From Xylanibacter ruminicola 23 (GTDB taxonomy: Bacteria; Bacteroidota; Bacteroidia; Bacteroidales; Bacteroidaceae), in NCBI RefSeq assembly GCF_000025925.1, contig NC_014033.1, positions 2,310,001 to 2,342,000 on the forward strand: DNA of 32,000 bases, given 5' to 3'. This document shows, piece by piece, positions 1-7,452 of the stretch. The stretch's first letter is position 1, and every line of letters begins with the position of its first letter. Position numbers and translations under genes: made by a program. The notes under the pieces were generated by a model. It was not told the origin of the DNA. It did no database searches and worked only from the letters and a program-made list of their open reading frames with translations.

Positions 1-1
1 G

Positions 2-883
2 CCTAATCCTGAAAAGGAGCAAGCATATCAGAAGGCTGCCAGCATACTGACGGCCGACGAAAGTTTCTTCCCCATCATCGATGAGGAACTATATTATTTT
101 ACCAATCAGACCCTCGACTCTATCACACCCGTTTACATCAACGAGCAGGATGCAGTTAAGAAGCTGATGAAACAGGAAACATGGTTGGCATTCACCACAC
201 GCGACTTTACAAAGAAAGAGCGCCAGGACCTGATTGCCCAGAAGTTCCTGCCAAGAGCCATCCCCATCGCTTACGACGGACTGGCCATTATCGTAAACAA
301 CTCAAACCCCGACTCGTGCATTACCATCAAGGATTTTGCACGTATCCTGAAGGGCGAGATTACCAAGTGGGACGAGATTTACCCACAGAACAAGCTGGGA
401 GTCATCGACGTGGTATTCGACAATCCACTCTCGAGCACCGTTCGCTGGTGTGTTGACTCTATCCTTGGTGGCAAACAGTTTAAGGCTCCAAACATTGGAG
501 CTGCCAAAACAAGTGCTGCCGTTATCGACTATGTTGAGAACCACCCCAACTCACTGGGTATCATCGGTTCGAACTGGCTGAACGACAAGCGCGACACCAC
601 CAACGTTACCTTTAAGAAGAATATAACAGTGATGGGCGTTTCAAAGCTCGACTCAGCAACGAAGCATAACAGCTGGAAGCCCTATCAGTACTATTTATAT
701 AATGGCAACTATCCCCTGCGCCGCACTATCTACGCCCTGCTGAACGATACCCGCAACGGTGTACCAAGCAGCTTTACACACTTTGTGCAGCTACCCAAGG
801 GACAAAAGATTATTCTTCGCTACGGATTACTGCCACGCATAGCCAATATGAACATTAGAGATGTAATTGTAAACAATAAATAA
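2..883 (+). CDS. PstS-family (phosphate-binding-like) periplasmic substrate-binding protein; 5' end lies upstream of the window
   Basis: The frame of the listed 167..883 ORF stays open back to base 2, so the gene is cut by the window edge. The sequence looks like a type-2 periplasmic-binding fold (AIPIAYDGLAIIVNNSNP, SLGIIGSNWL, YPLRRTIYALL), recognised by eye. Confidence 0.65.
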   Translation, partial: PNPEKEQAYQKAASILTADESFFPIIDEELYYFTNQTLDSITPVYINEQDAVKKLMKQETWLAFTTRDFTKKERQDLIAQKFLPRAIPIAYDGLAIIVNNSNPDSCITIKDFARILKGEITKWDEIYPQNKLGVIDVVFDNPLSSTVRWCVDSILGGKQFKAPNIGAAKTSAAVIDYVENHPNSLGIIGSNWLNDKRDTTNVTFKKNITVMGVSKLDSATKHNSWKPYQYYLYNGNYPLRRTIYALLNDTRNGVPSSFTHFVQLPKGQKIILRYGLLPRIANMNIRDVIVNNK

Positions 884-958
884 TTTAAACCAAATTCTAA
901 TCAAAACGTCATAAAAGAGAGAACAATAAACAGAATGTAGAACTTAAAAACAGAAATT

Positions 959-2383
959 ATGAAAGCAATTAAATATCTAGTTATGGGTGCGTTGCTGACA
1001 GGTTTCAGCGCCACCGCTAATGCACAGGAAGCAGAGCTCAATGCAGCTCTCGACGGTATTAAGTCAAAGGCTCCCAATGTAGCCGAGTTAGCAAAAGCTG
1101 CCTACAAGAAGAACAAGAAGGACGCTGCTGCGCTGATTAAGATTGGTCAGGCCTTCTATGCTCAGAAGGACACAGCAAATGCCCGCTTGTTTGCCAACTA
1201 CGCTAACGAAGCTGGTAAGCCTAAGTATCAGTTTGCTCCTGCCTATCTGCTGTTAGGCGACATCGAGTCGGCTTACGGAACAGATGGTGGTAAGGCTGCA
1301 GGTTACTACAACCAGGCTATCACTTTTGACCCAAAGAATCCTGAGGGTTACAAGAAGTGGGCTATGGTATATCGTAAGATCAGCCCAAGTCAGGCTGCCA
1401 AGAAGCTGCAGGAAATGAAGGCTCAGTGTCCCAACGAGGATGTTGACGCTATCACAGCTCACATCTACATGCTGGCTGGTGATGAGAAGCAGGCTTACGA
1501 GAACTATGCCAAGGCTAACATCGGCAAGCTGGATAAGCTGGGACTGAACGAGTTTGTACGCGCCAGCTACTTCACTGGTCACTTCCAGGATGCACTCCGT
1601 GCTGCCGAGGCTGGAATCAAGCTCGAGCCACGTAACCCAACATTCAACCGTTTGGCTATGTTCTCAAACTACGAGCTGAAGAACTACGAGGCTGCTAAGG
1701 CTTACATCCACAAGTACTTCTTCGAGACCGACAGTGCCAAGGTATCTGAGTACGACCACTTCTACACAGCTCTGATTTATCAGGCTCTGGAGGATAAGGC
1801 TAACATGTACACGCACTATGACAAGGCTCTTGAGCTGGTTAACGATCAGTCAATGATCAAGCGCTGGGCTATTCTGAAGAGCGTATCAGACTCTTATCTG
1901 AAGGACAAGGAGTTCGACAATGCCATCAAATACTACGATCAGTATCTGGCATGTAAGCCCGATGTTAACTCTGACGATATGGAAGGTGTAGCAAAGATCT
2001 ACTCTAAGTACGCTGACGAGGACGAGGCTCGCAAGGCTGAGTTCATCAAGAAAGCTATCGAAGCTTATCGCGCTATGGCCGAGAAGTTCCCTGTACAGAG
2101 CACATACGCTGCTTACCAGTGCGCTACAATGAACAACAAGCTGGATAAGAACGGTGAGAAGGGTCTTGCTAAGCCCGACTACCAGAAGGTTGTAGAGCTG
2201 CTCGAGTCTAAGGCTGATCGCACTAAGGGCGAGGATATCATGCTGAAGTACAGCTTACACTACCTGATGTCGAACGCTTTCCTGTATGGTAAGAATAAGG
2301 CTTTGGCTAAGGAGTATGCTAACAAGATCCTGGCTATCGACCCAGAGTATCCTGCAGCTAAGCAGATTCGTGATCTGAAGTAA
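959..2383 (+). CDS. Secreted tetratricopeptide-repeat (TPR) protein
   Basis: 474-aa ORF with signal peptide MKAIKYLVMGALLTGFSATANAQ. It has repeated A/Y/K-rich helical pairs typical of TPR and is followed by an intrinsic terminator. Confidence 0.7.
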   Translation: MKAIKYLVMGALLTGFSATANAQEAELNAALDGIKSKAPNVAELAKAAYKKNKKDAAALIKIGQAFYAQKDTANARLFANYANEAGKPKYQFAPAYLLLGDIESAYGTDGGKAAGYYNQAITFDPKNPEGYKKWAMVYRKISPSQAAKKLQEMKAQCPNEDVDAITAHIYMLAGDEKQAYENYAKANIGKLDKLGLNEFVRASYFTGHFQDALRAAEAGIKLEPRNPTFNRLAMFSNYELKNYEAAKAYIHKYFFETDSAKVSEYDHFYTALIYQALEDKANMYTHYDKALELVNDQSMIKRWAILKSVSDSYLKDKEFDNAIKYYDQYLACKPDVNSDDMEGVAKIYSKYADEDEARKAEFIKKAIEAYRAMAEKFPVQSTYAAYQCATMNNKLDKNGEKGLAKPDYQKVVELLESKADRTKGEDIMLKYSLHYLMSNAFLYGKNKALAKEYANKILAIDPEYPAAKQIRDLK

Positions 2384-2406
2384 TTCAAGCATTACAATAC
2401 AAAGAA

Positions 2407-2438
2407 AGAGGTGTTCAGCAAAGAACATCTCTTTTTTT
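2407..2438 (+). terminator. Rho-independent terminator of the TPR gene
   Basis: A 10-bp stem pairs agaggtgttc (2407-2416) with gaacatctct (2423-2432), including one G-U pair. It has a 6-nt loop and is followed by a T7 run. Confidence 0.65.
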
Positions 2439-2496
2439 GTGATTATTTTCCAAGTTAGAAAATGGTGTTTTCTAAGTTAGAAAACATCGGTTTCCA

Positions 2497-2533
2497 ATAA
2501 AGAAAACAGGTGTTTCCTTATTGGAAACACCTG
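2497..2533 (-). terminator. Rho-independent terminator of the ferredoxin gene
   Basis: A perfect 11-bp stem pairs caggtgtttcc (2507-2517) with ggaaacacctg (2523-2533) around a 5-nt loop. On the minus strand it is followed by ttttctttatt. Confidence 0.6.
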
Positions 2534-2559
2534 CTATACTTTCAATATGTCCTATCTTA

Positions 2560-2727
2560 TTAGGGAAGGCTGATAGCCTCAGAGGGACAAACAGAAGCAC
2601 AAGTACCACACTCTGTGCAGAGATCGGGGTTGATAGAATACTTCTCACCCTCAGAAATAGCCTCTACTGGGCACTCACCCTGACATGTACCGCAAGCGAT
2701 GCAGTCGTCACCAATTACATATGCCAT
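2560..2727 (-). CDS. 2x[4Fe-4S] ferredoxin, 55 aa (absent from the ORF track because it is under 60 aa)
   Basis: My hand translation of the minus strand gives MAYVIGDDCIACGTCQGECPVEAISEGEKYSINPDLCTECGTCASVCPSEAISLP*. It contains two canonical CxxCxxCxxxCP cluster motifs. It has its own -7 box upstream and a terminator downstream. Confidence 0.85.
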   Translation of the reverse strand: MAYVIGDDCIACGTCQGECPVEAISEGEKYSINPDLCTECGTCASVCPSEAISLP

Positions 2728-2779
2728 AATTCTTAATCAATTAAATTGTTAATACTGTTAATACTCACTTTTAATGATG

Positions 2780-2787
2780 CAAAGGTA
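2780..2787 (-). promoter_or_regulatory. Bacteroidetes -7 promoter box (TAccTTTG) for the ferredoxin gene
   Basis: The plus strand reads caaaggta, which is tacctttg on the minus strand, about 50 nt upstream of the ferredoxin ATG. Confidence 0.55.
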
Positions 2788-2898
2788 CGATAAAATTTTG
2801 TTCATACCAAACTTTAGGTAGAAAATTTAAGTAATTTATACAATGTCGAAATAAGATTTTATATAATAAGATGACCATTTTTGCGTTATTATATATGT

Positions 2899-3606
2899 AT
2901 GAGACTTAGAATTCTATCCATCATAGCAGCACTCTGCATCGCCACAAGCTGTGTAGCCCAACGACGATACGTGATACAGCACAAGCCATATATCGACTTG
3001 CGCCCTATGCACTTTGGTATTGCAGTAGGCATGAACCTGCAAGATATTGAGTTTGAAACCGAAGCTCCAATCGTGTGCGATGCCGACCGCTGGAATACCG
3101 GATTCTCGGTAGGTGTACTGGCCGACATGCGCCTATCCAACAATCTGAACCTGCGCATCGTACCCACCATGCACTTTGGTGCCAAGCACCTAACCTTGCA
3201 CAAGTTGGACGAGACAGACACGCATGGCAACCCAAGAACTGAGACACAGGACCTGAAGAATACCTATCTTTCGGTACCCGTCGACCTGAAGTTCTCGGCC
3301 CAGCGATGGAACAATATCCGCCCTTACATGCTGGCAGGTGTTAACGGCATGGTGAATCTTACCAACAAGAGTCAGGAGATAGTGCAACTGCAGCGTACCG
3401 ACCTGATGCTGGAAGTTGGCTTGGGATGCGATCTGTATCTACCCTTCTTCAAACTGGCACCCGAATTGAAGTTCTGCTATGGATTAGGCAACAGGATCGA
3501 CAAAAGTCACGTAGCCGATATCAAGGACGACTATAAAAAAACGTATGCCAACTCGATTAAGAGCGGGCATACGAAGATGATTGTATTAACGTTCTACTTT
3601 GAATAA
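2899..3606 (+). CDS. Outer-membrane beta-barrel protein, PorT/SprT-like (type IX secretion associated)
   Basis: The ORF track starts at TTG 2881. ATG 2899 gives MRLRILSIIAALCIATSCVAQ, a signal peptide. The length is about 235 aa, with alternating beta-strand pattern, a C-terminal aromatic residue (TFYFE) and a PorT-like N-terminal motif KPYIDLRPMHFGIAVGMNLQDIEF. Confidence 0.55.
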   Translation: MRLRILSIIAALCIATSCVAQRRYVIQHKPYIDLRPMHFGIAVGMNLQDIEFETEAPIVCDADRWNTGFSVGVLADMRLSNNLNLRIVPTMHFGAKHLTLHKLDETDTHGNPRTETQDLKNTYLSVPVDLKFSAQRWNNIRPYMLAGVNGMVNLTNKSQEIVQLQRTDLMLEVGLGCDLYLPFFKLAPELKFCYGLGNRIDKSHVADIKDDYKKTYANSIKSGHTKMIVLTFYFE

Positions 3607-3608
3607 AC

Positions 3609-4451
3609 TTACTTCTCGAACGTAAGCACCATTTTGCCGATAAACACGCCGTGCTTACCGTTCTGGTCGTCAGGAATCTGCTTGCCAGTCTTATCAGGTG
3701 CGTACTCCAGTGTGGGCATGTAAGTGTGGGTATGTCCACCCAGCACCAAGTCGAGTCCCTGCACCTCGCTCATAAACTTATGATCGGGATACTCAGAAAT
3801 CGCCCAACCTAAGTGTGAGAGACAGATAACCACATCGCACTTCTCGCGACGGCGCAGGATATCGATATACTTCTTCGATGTCTCAATAGGATCGAGGAAC
3901 TTGACGCCTTCGCAGTTCTTATTAGCCACAAGTCCCTTCATAGGAGCACCCAGAGCATAAACACCAATCTTCAAGCCATTACGCTTCAGGATGACATAAT
4001 CCTTTACCAGACCTTCGCAAGGTGTACCTGTAAAGTCATAGTTCGAACAAACTACAGGGAAATTAGCCATACGGAACAGCTTGGCCATATTCTCCAATCC
4101 AAAATCAAACTCATGATTACCGATGGTAACAGCATCGTAGCCCATCTGATTCATCAAGCCAATCTCAACCTCACCCTTGAAGAGGGTATAGAAACCAGAG
4201 CCCTGCGAGAAATCGCCTGAGTCGAAGAACAACAGATCAGGATTCTGACGGCGCTCTTCCTTAATCATATTAATACGGCGTATAAAGCCACCGCGACCTG
4301 CCAGATCCTTATTATCAAGATTCTCGTTAAGCGGCATAATGCACGAGTGGGTATCGTTGGTGTGCAGCACTACAAGCTGCTTCTTGGTTTTAGCGCTGGC
4401 AGAAACAAAAGCCAGGAGCGCAACCATTATAATAAGATGAAATTTACGCAT
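3609..4451 (-). CDS. Metallophosphoesterase corresponding to the N-terminal catalytic half of UshA-type 5'-nucleotidases
   Basis: It carries the calcineurin-like motifs HTNDTHS, GDFSQGS and GNHEFDFG. ATG 4451 (MRKFHLIIMVALLAFVSASA) gives a signal peptide; the track start 4481 would overlap the upstream gene. Confidence 0.8.
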   Translation of the reverse strand: MRKFHLIIMVALLAFVSASAKTKKQLVVLHTNDTHSCIMPLNENLDNKDLAGRGGFIRRINMIKEERRQNPDLLFFDSGDFSQGSGFYTLFKGEVEIGLMNQMGYDAVTIGNHEFDFGLENMAKLFRMANFPVVCSNYDFTGTPCEGLVKDYVILKRNGLKIGVYALGAPMKGLVANKNCEGVKFLDPIETSKKYIDILRRREKCDVVICLSHLGWAISEYPDHKFMSEVQGLDLVLGGHTHTYMPTLEYAPDKTGKQIPDDQNGKHGVFIGKMVLTFEK

Positions 4452-4455
4452 AGCT

Positions 4456-5220
4456 TTACTGGATTTTAATACGTCCTTCAACTTTAGAATCTACTTCAAC
4501 ACCACGAGCCTGATGATCCTTGAAATAGTTCATAATCAGGAATCGGGTGTTATTGCTCTTTGCATCGGGGGCGATAATATCCCTACCCTCTTTAAGAACA
4601 GGCATACCATCGTTACCCTCAATCAGGTAATTGATAGTAGCAATACGATAATCGGCCTTAGGGTCGATTTCCTTACCATGCAGCTTACCCGACAGCAGTT
4701 TGCCATCCTCAGTGGCCACAATCTCCACGCCATGACTTACACCCTCGCCACCACGATGAGCAATCTGGGCATACAGCGTAAGAACCTGCTCGCCTGTAAG
4801 TGTAATAAAGCAAATCTTGTTCTCGAAAGGTGCCACATCAAGCACATCGCCATAGGTTACCTTACCCTTTGTCAGGTCGGCACGTATTCCACCCATATTG
4901 TAAATACCCAATACAGGATCCTCGCCATAATCCTTACCCGACCATACCAGAATATCGGCCAGGAGATTAGAGAGATTACTCTCAGGACGTGTGGCATGCA
5001 TGTTACGTGCCACGGTACCAACAATGGGCCCCATAATACTGTCGTTTACATGCTTGTAAGGCTCAAGAAACTTCACAGCAGCCTCATCAGGATTCTGATC
5101 GTAACGACTGTCTACAATCACGCGAGTGCGCTCAATACCAGTTAGTTGGAATTGTTTGGGTGCACACGAAACCAATAATAAAGAGGCTAATGAAGCATAA
5201 AAAACATGTCTTTTATCCAT
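4456..5220 (-). CDS. 5'-nucleotidase C-terminal (substrate-binding) domain lipoprotein
   Basis: The 254-aa ORF has a lipoprotein signal with lipobox (LLLVSC). The sequence is typical of the 5'-nucleotidase C-terminal domain (NMGGIRADL, VTYGDVLDVAPFENK, ATINYLIEGNDG). Confidence 0.8.
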   Translation of the reverse strand: MDKRHVFYASLASLLLVSCAPKQFQLTGIERTRVIVDSRYDQNPDEAAVKFLEPYKHVNDSIMGPIVGTVARNMHATRPESNLSNLLADILVWSGKDYGEDPVLGIYNMGGIRADLTKGKVTYGDVLDVAPFENKICFITLTGEQVLTLYAQIAHRGGEGVSHGVEIVATEDGKLLSGKLHGKEIDPKADYRIATINYLIEGNDGMPVLKEGRDIIAPDAKSNNTRFLIMNYFKDHQARGVEVDSKVEGRIKIQ

Positions 5221-5240
5221 CTCAACTTAATTTAATGGTG

Positions 5241-5248
5241 CAAAAATA
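5241..5248 (-). promoter_or_regulatory. -7 promoter box (TAttTTTG) for the split nucleotidase operon
   Basis: The plus strand reads caaaaata, which is tatttttg on the minus strand, about 20 nt upstream of ATG 5220. Confidence 0.5.
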
Positions 5249-5290
5249 CAAAAAATATCCGAAATATTTCTTTGATTCCAAAAAAAGTTG

Positions 5291-5298
5291 TACCTTTG
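5291..5298 (+). promoter_or_regulatory. -7 promoter box (TAccTTTG) for rplS
   Basis: The context is ttgtacctttgcac, about 97 nt upstream of the rplS ATG. Confidence 0.6.
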
Positions 5299-5394
5299 CA
5301 CCCGCTTTTCGGCGTAATCGCTGGCAGGAAGTTTCGTGAGGCCTGTTATGTTGCGTTGGAACGATACAACAATTTAATTACATATTAAAGTACA

Positions 5395-5754
5395 ATGGAT
5401 TTAATTAAGATTGCTGAAGAAGCATTTGCAACCGGCAAGAAGTTCCCAGAGTTCAAGGCTGGTGACACAATCACTGTCGCTTACAAAATTATCGAGGGTT
5501 CAAAGGAGCGTATCCAGCTCTATCGTGGTGTAGTAATTAAGATTGCTGGTCACGGTGACAAGAAGCGCTTCACTGTACGTAAGATGTCAGGCACCGTTGG
5601 TGTAGAGCGTATCTTCCCAATCGAGTCTCCCAACATTGAGAGCATCGAGGTTAACAAGGTAGGTAAGGTTCGCCGCGCTAAGCTTTACTATCTGCGCAAG
5701 CTCACTGGTAAGGCTGCTCGTATTAAGGAGAAGCGCCACAACGTTGGTGAATAA
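5395..5754 (+). CDS. rplS: 50S ribosomal protein L19
   Basis: The 119-aa ORF has the characteristic L19 sequence ([47 protein letters not shown]). Confidence 0.97.
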   Translation: MDLIKIAEEAFATGKKFPEFKAGDTITVAYKIIEGSKERIQLYRGVVIKIAGHGDKKRFTVRKMSGTVGVERIFPIESPNIESIEVNKVGKVRRAKLYYLRKLTGKAARIKEKRHNVGE

Positions 5755-5763
5755 AAAAGAAAA

Positions 5764-5798
5764 AGAGGCTGCACCTAAGTGTGCGAGCCTCTTTTTTT
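5764..5798. terminator. Bidirectional intrinsic terminator shared by rplS and the convergent 50-aa ORF
   Basis: An 11-bp stem with one bulge pairs agaggctgcac with gtgc(g)agcctct. It is flanked by an A-run on the left and a T7 run on the right, so it can terminate both strands. Confidence 0.7.
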
Positions 5799-5949
5799 AT
5801 TCCCCATGCAGGGCGTGCTGAAAATCATCCCAACTCTGAAATCCTGCCAACAGCGCCAAACGGTCGAGTGTTTTCTTATCAGGTTTCTTCAGAATCTCCT
5901 TCTCTACTGCCTCCAGCAGCTTTCGAAGCGCCAATCGTTTCTTCTCCAT
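5797..5949 (-). CDS. Small hypothetical protein, 50 aa (not in the ORF track)
   Basis: My hand translation gives MEKKRLALRKLLEAVEKEILKKPDKKTLDRLALLAGFQSWDDFQHALHGE*. It has its own -7 box (TAatTTTG, 5971-5978) and ends in the bidirectional terminator. I assign no family. Confidence 0.45.
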   Translation of the reverse strand: MEKKRLALRKLLEAVEKEILKKPDKKTLDRLALLAGFQSWDDFQHALHGE

Positions 5950-5970
5950 GTTAATAATTTAAGTTTGGTG

Positions 5971-5978
5971 CAAAATTA
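5971..5978 (-). promoter_or_regulatory. -7 promoter box (TAatTTTG) for the 50-aa ORF
   Basis: The plus strand reads caaaatta, which is taattttg on the minus strand, 22 nt upstream of ATG 5949. It is back-to-back with the purH promoter. Confidence 0.5.
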
Positions 5979-5991
5979 CAAAATTATTTTG

Positions 5992-5999
5992 TACCTTTG
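5992..5999 (+). promoter_or_regulatory. -7 promoter box (TAccTTTG) for the purH-like gene
   Basis: The context is ttgtacctttgcac, 30 nt upstream of ATG 6029. Confidence 0.6.
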
Positions 6000-6028
6000 C
6001 ACACAGAAATAAAAAAAATATCGCAAAA

Positions 6029-7213
6029 ATGAAAGAATTAGCACTCAAGTACGGATGTAATCCCAATCAGAAGCCCTCGCGCATTTTCATGACCGAGGGT
6101 GAGCTACCTATCGAAGTCATCAACGGTCGTCCTGGATATATCAATTTCCTCGATGCTTTCAATGCCTGGCAGCTTGTTAAGGAGCTGAAGGCTGCTACCG
6201 GTCTGCCTGCAGCAGCTTCGTTCAAGCACGTTAGCCCTGCCGGTGCTGCAGTTGGTCTGCCTCTGAGCGACACACTGAAGAAGATCTACTTTGTAGATGA
6301 CGTGAAGGACCTTGATGAGAGCCCCATCGCTTGTGCTTATGCACGTGCCCGTGGTGCCGACCGCATGTCGAGCTATGGCGACTTTGTAGCTCTGAGCGAC
6401 ACCTGCGATGCTACCACCGCCAAACTGCTGAAGCGTGAGGTGAGCGATGGCGTGATTGCGCCTGATTTTACACCTGAGGCTATCGAGATACTGAAAGATA
6501 AGCGTAAGGGTACCTACAACGTGATTAAGATTGATCCTAACTACGTACCCGAGCCTATCGAGCGTAAGCAGGTATTCGGCATCACCTTCGAGCAGGGTCG
6601 TAACGAGATTAAGCTCGACGACGATGCACTCTTCGAGAACATGCCTACACAGAATAAGACCTTTACTGCCGAGGCTAAGCGCGACCTGATTATCGCACTT
6701 ATCACCCTGAAATATACTCAGTCTAATTCAGTTTGCTATGTAAAGGATGGTCAGGCCATTGGTATCGGAGCTGGTCAGCAGAGCCGTATCCACTGCACAC
6801 GCCTGGCTGGTAACAAGGCTGATATCTGGTGGCTGCGCCAGCATCCAAAAGTGATGAATCTGCCTTTCATCGACAATATCCGCCGTGCTGATCGCGATAA
6901 CACCATCGACGTATATATCTCAGAGGACCACGATGATGTACTGCGTGATGGCACCTGGCAGCAGTTCTTTAAGGAGAAGCCCGAGGTGCTGACGATGGAA
7001 GAAAAGAAGGCATGGATAGCTCAGAACACCAAGGTGGCTCTGGGTAGCGACGCTTTCTTCCCCTTTGGCGACAATATCGAGCGTGCTCATAAGAGCGGCG
7101 TAGAGTTCATTGCTCAGGCTGGTGGCTCAGTTCGCGACGACAATGTAATTGAGACTTGCGATAAGTATGGTATCGCAATGGCGTTTACTGGTGTACGTCT
7201 GTTCCATCATTAA
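6029..7213 (+). CDS. purH: AICAR transformylase (PurH C-terminal domain only; no MGS-like IMP cyclohydrolase domain)
   Basis: The 394-aa ORF begins at the AICARFT domain motif LKYGCNPNQ (compare LRYGENPHQ in PurH). It also has FKHVSPAGAAVG and SDAFFPF motifs and ends in FHH like PurH. Confidence 0.85.
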   Translation: MKELALKYGCNPNQKPSRIFMTEGELPIEVINGRPGYINFLDAFNAWQLVKELKAATGLPAAASFKHVSPAGAAVGLPLSDTLKKIYFVDDVKDLDESPIACAYARARGADRMSSYGDFVALSDTCDATTAKLLKREVSDGVIAPDFTPEAIEILKDKRKGTYNVIKIDPNYVPEPIERKQVFGITFEQGRNEIKLDDDALFENMPTQNKTFTAEAKRDLIIALITLKYTQSNSVCYVKDGQAIGIGAGQQSRIHCTRLAGNKADIWWLRQHPKVMNLPFIDNIRRADRDNTIDVYISEDHDDVLRDGTWQQFFKEKPEVLTMEEKKAWIAQNTKVALGSDAFFPFGDNIERAHKSGVEFIAQAGGSVRDDNVIETCDKYGIAMAFTGVRLFHH

Positions 7214-7239
7214 ACATTAAACATTAAACATTAAACATT
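7208..7239. repeat. Tandem heptanucleotide repeat (cattaaa) x4 plus a partial unit
   Basis: Perfect units lie at 7208-7214, 7215-7221, 7222-7228 and 7229-7235, followed by catt. The repeat overlaps the purH stop codon (7211-7213) and ends 3 nt before ATG 7243. Confidence 0.95.
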
Positions 7240-7242
7240 TTA

Positions 7243-7431
7243 ATGGACGATTTTCAGAACATTCTTGAGAACGGCATCAACTTCGGACGTGGAGGTGACA
7301 AGCCGAAAGACGATGGCAAGGTAAAAACCAAGGCCAAAAAGAAAAAGTATATCACTGGTGCTCATGGTAGTGGCTCTGCAAGGCAGAAAGCCAAATACCG
7401 TGAGCAACGGGCAAACAGACATAAGAAATAA
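7243..7431 (+). CDS. Small Lys/Arg-rich hypothetical protein (62 aa)
   Basis: The ORF is packed between the purH-like gene (29-nt gap) and the GH53 gene (21-nt gap) on the same strand. It is highly basic (KVKTKAKKKKY, RQKAKYREQRANRHKK). I recognise no family. Confidence 0.35.
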   Translation: MDDFQNILENGINFGRGGDKPKDDGKVKTKAKKKKYITGAHGSGSARQKAKYREQRANRHKK

Positions 7432-7452
7432 CACTCTTATAAAAAGGAACTA

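Noticed and set aside
2521-2736. A 71-aa plus-strand ORF from the track.
   Set aside because: It is the antisense shadow of the ferredoxin gene. Its own start lies inside the ferredoxin terminator hairpin, and its Cys/Thr-rich sequence simply mirrors the ferredoxin Cys codons.
4513-5145. A 210-aa plus-strand ORF.
   Set aside because: It is antisense to the 5'-nucleotidase C-terminal-domain gene and has no motifs.
5779-6012. A 77-aa plus-strand ORF from the track.
   Set aside because: It starts inside the rplS terminator stem and runs through two promoter boxes. The opposite-strand 50-aa ORF, with its own promoter and terminator, explains the open frame better.
7240-7434. A 64-aa minus-strand ORF opposite the small basic ORF.
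   Set aside because: It lies on the opposite strand to the surrounding operon and has no promoter box. I kept only the plus-strand alternative, itself at low confidence.
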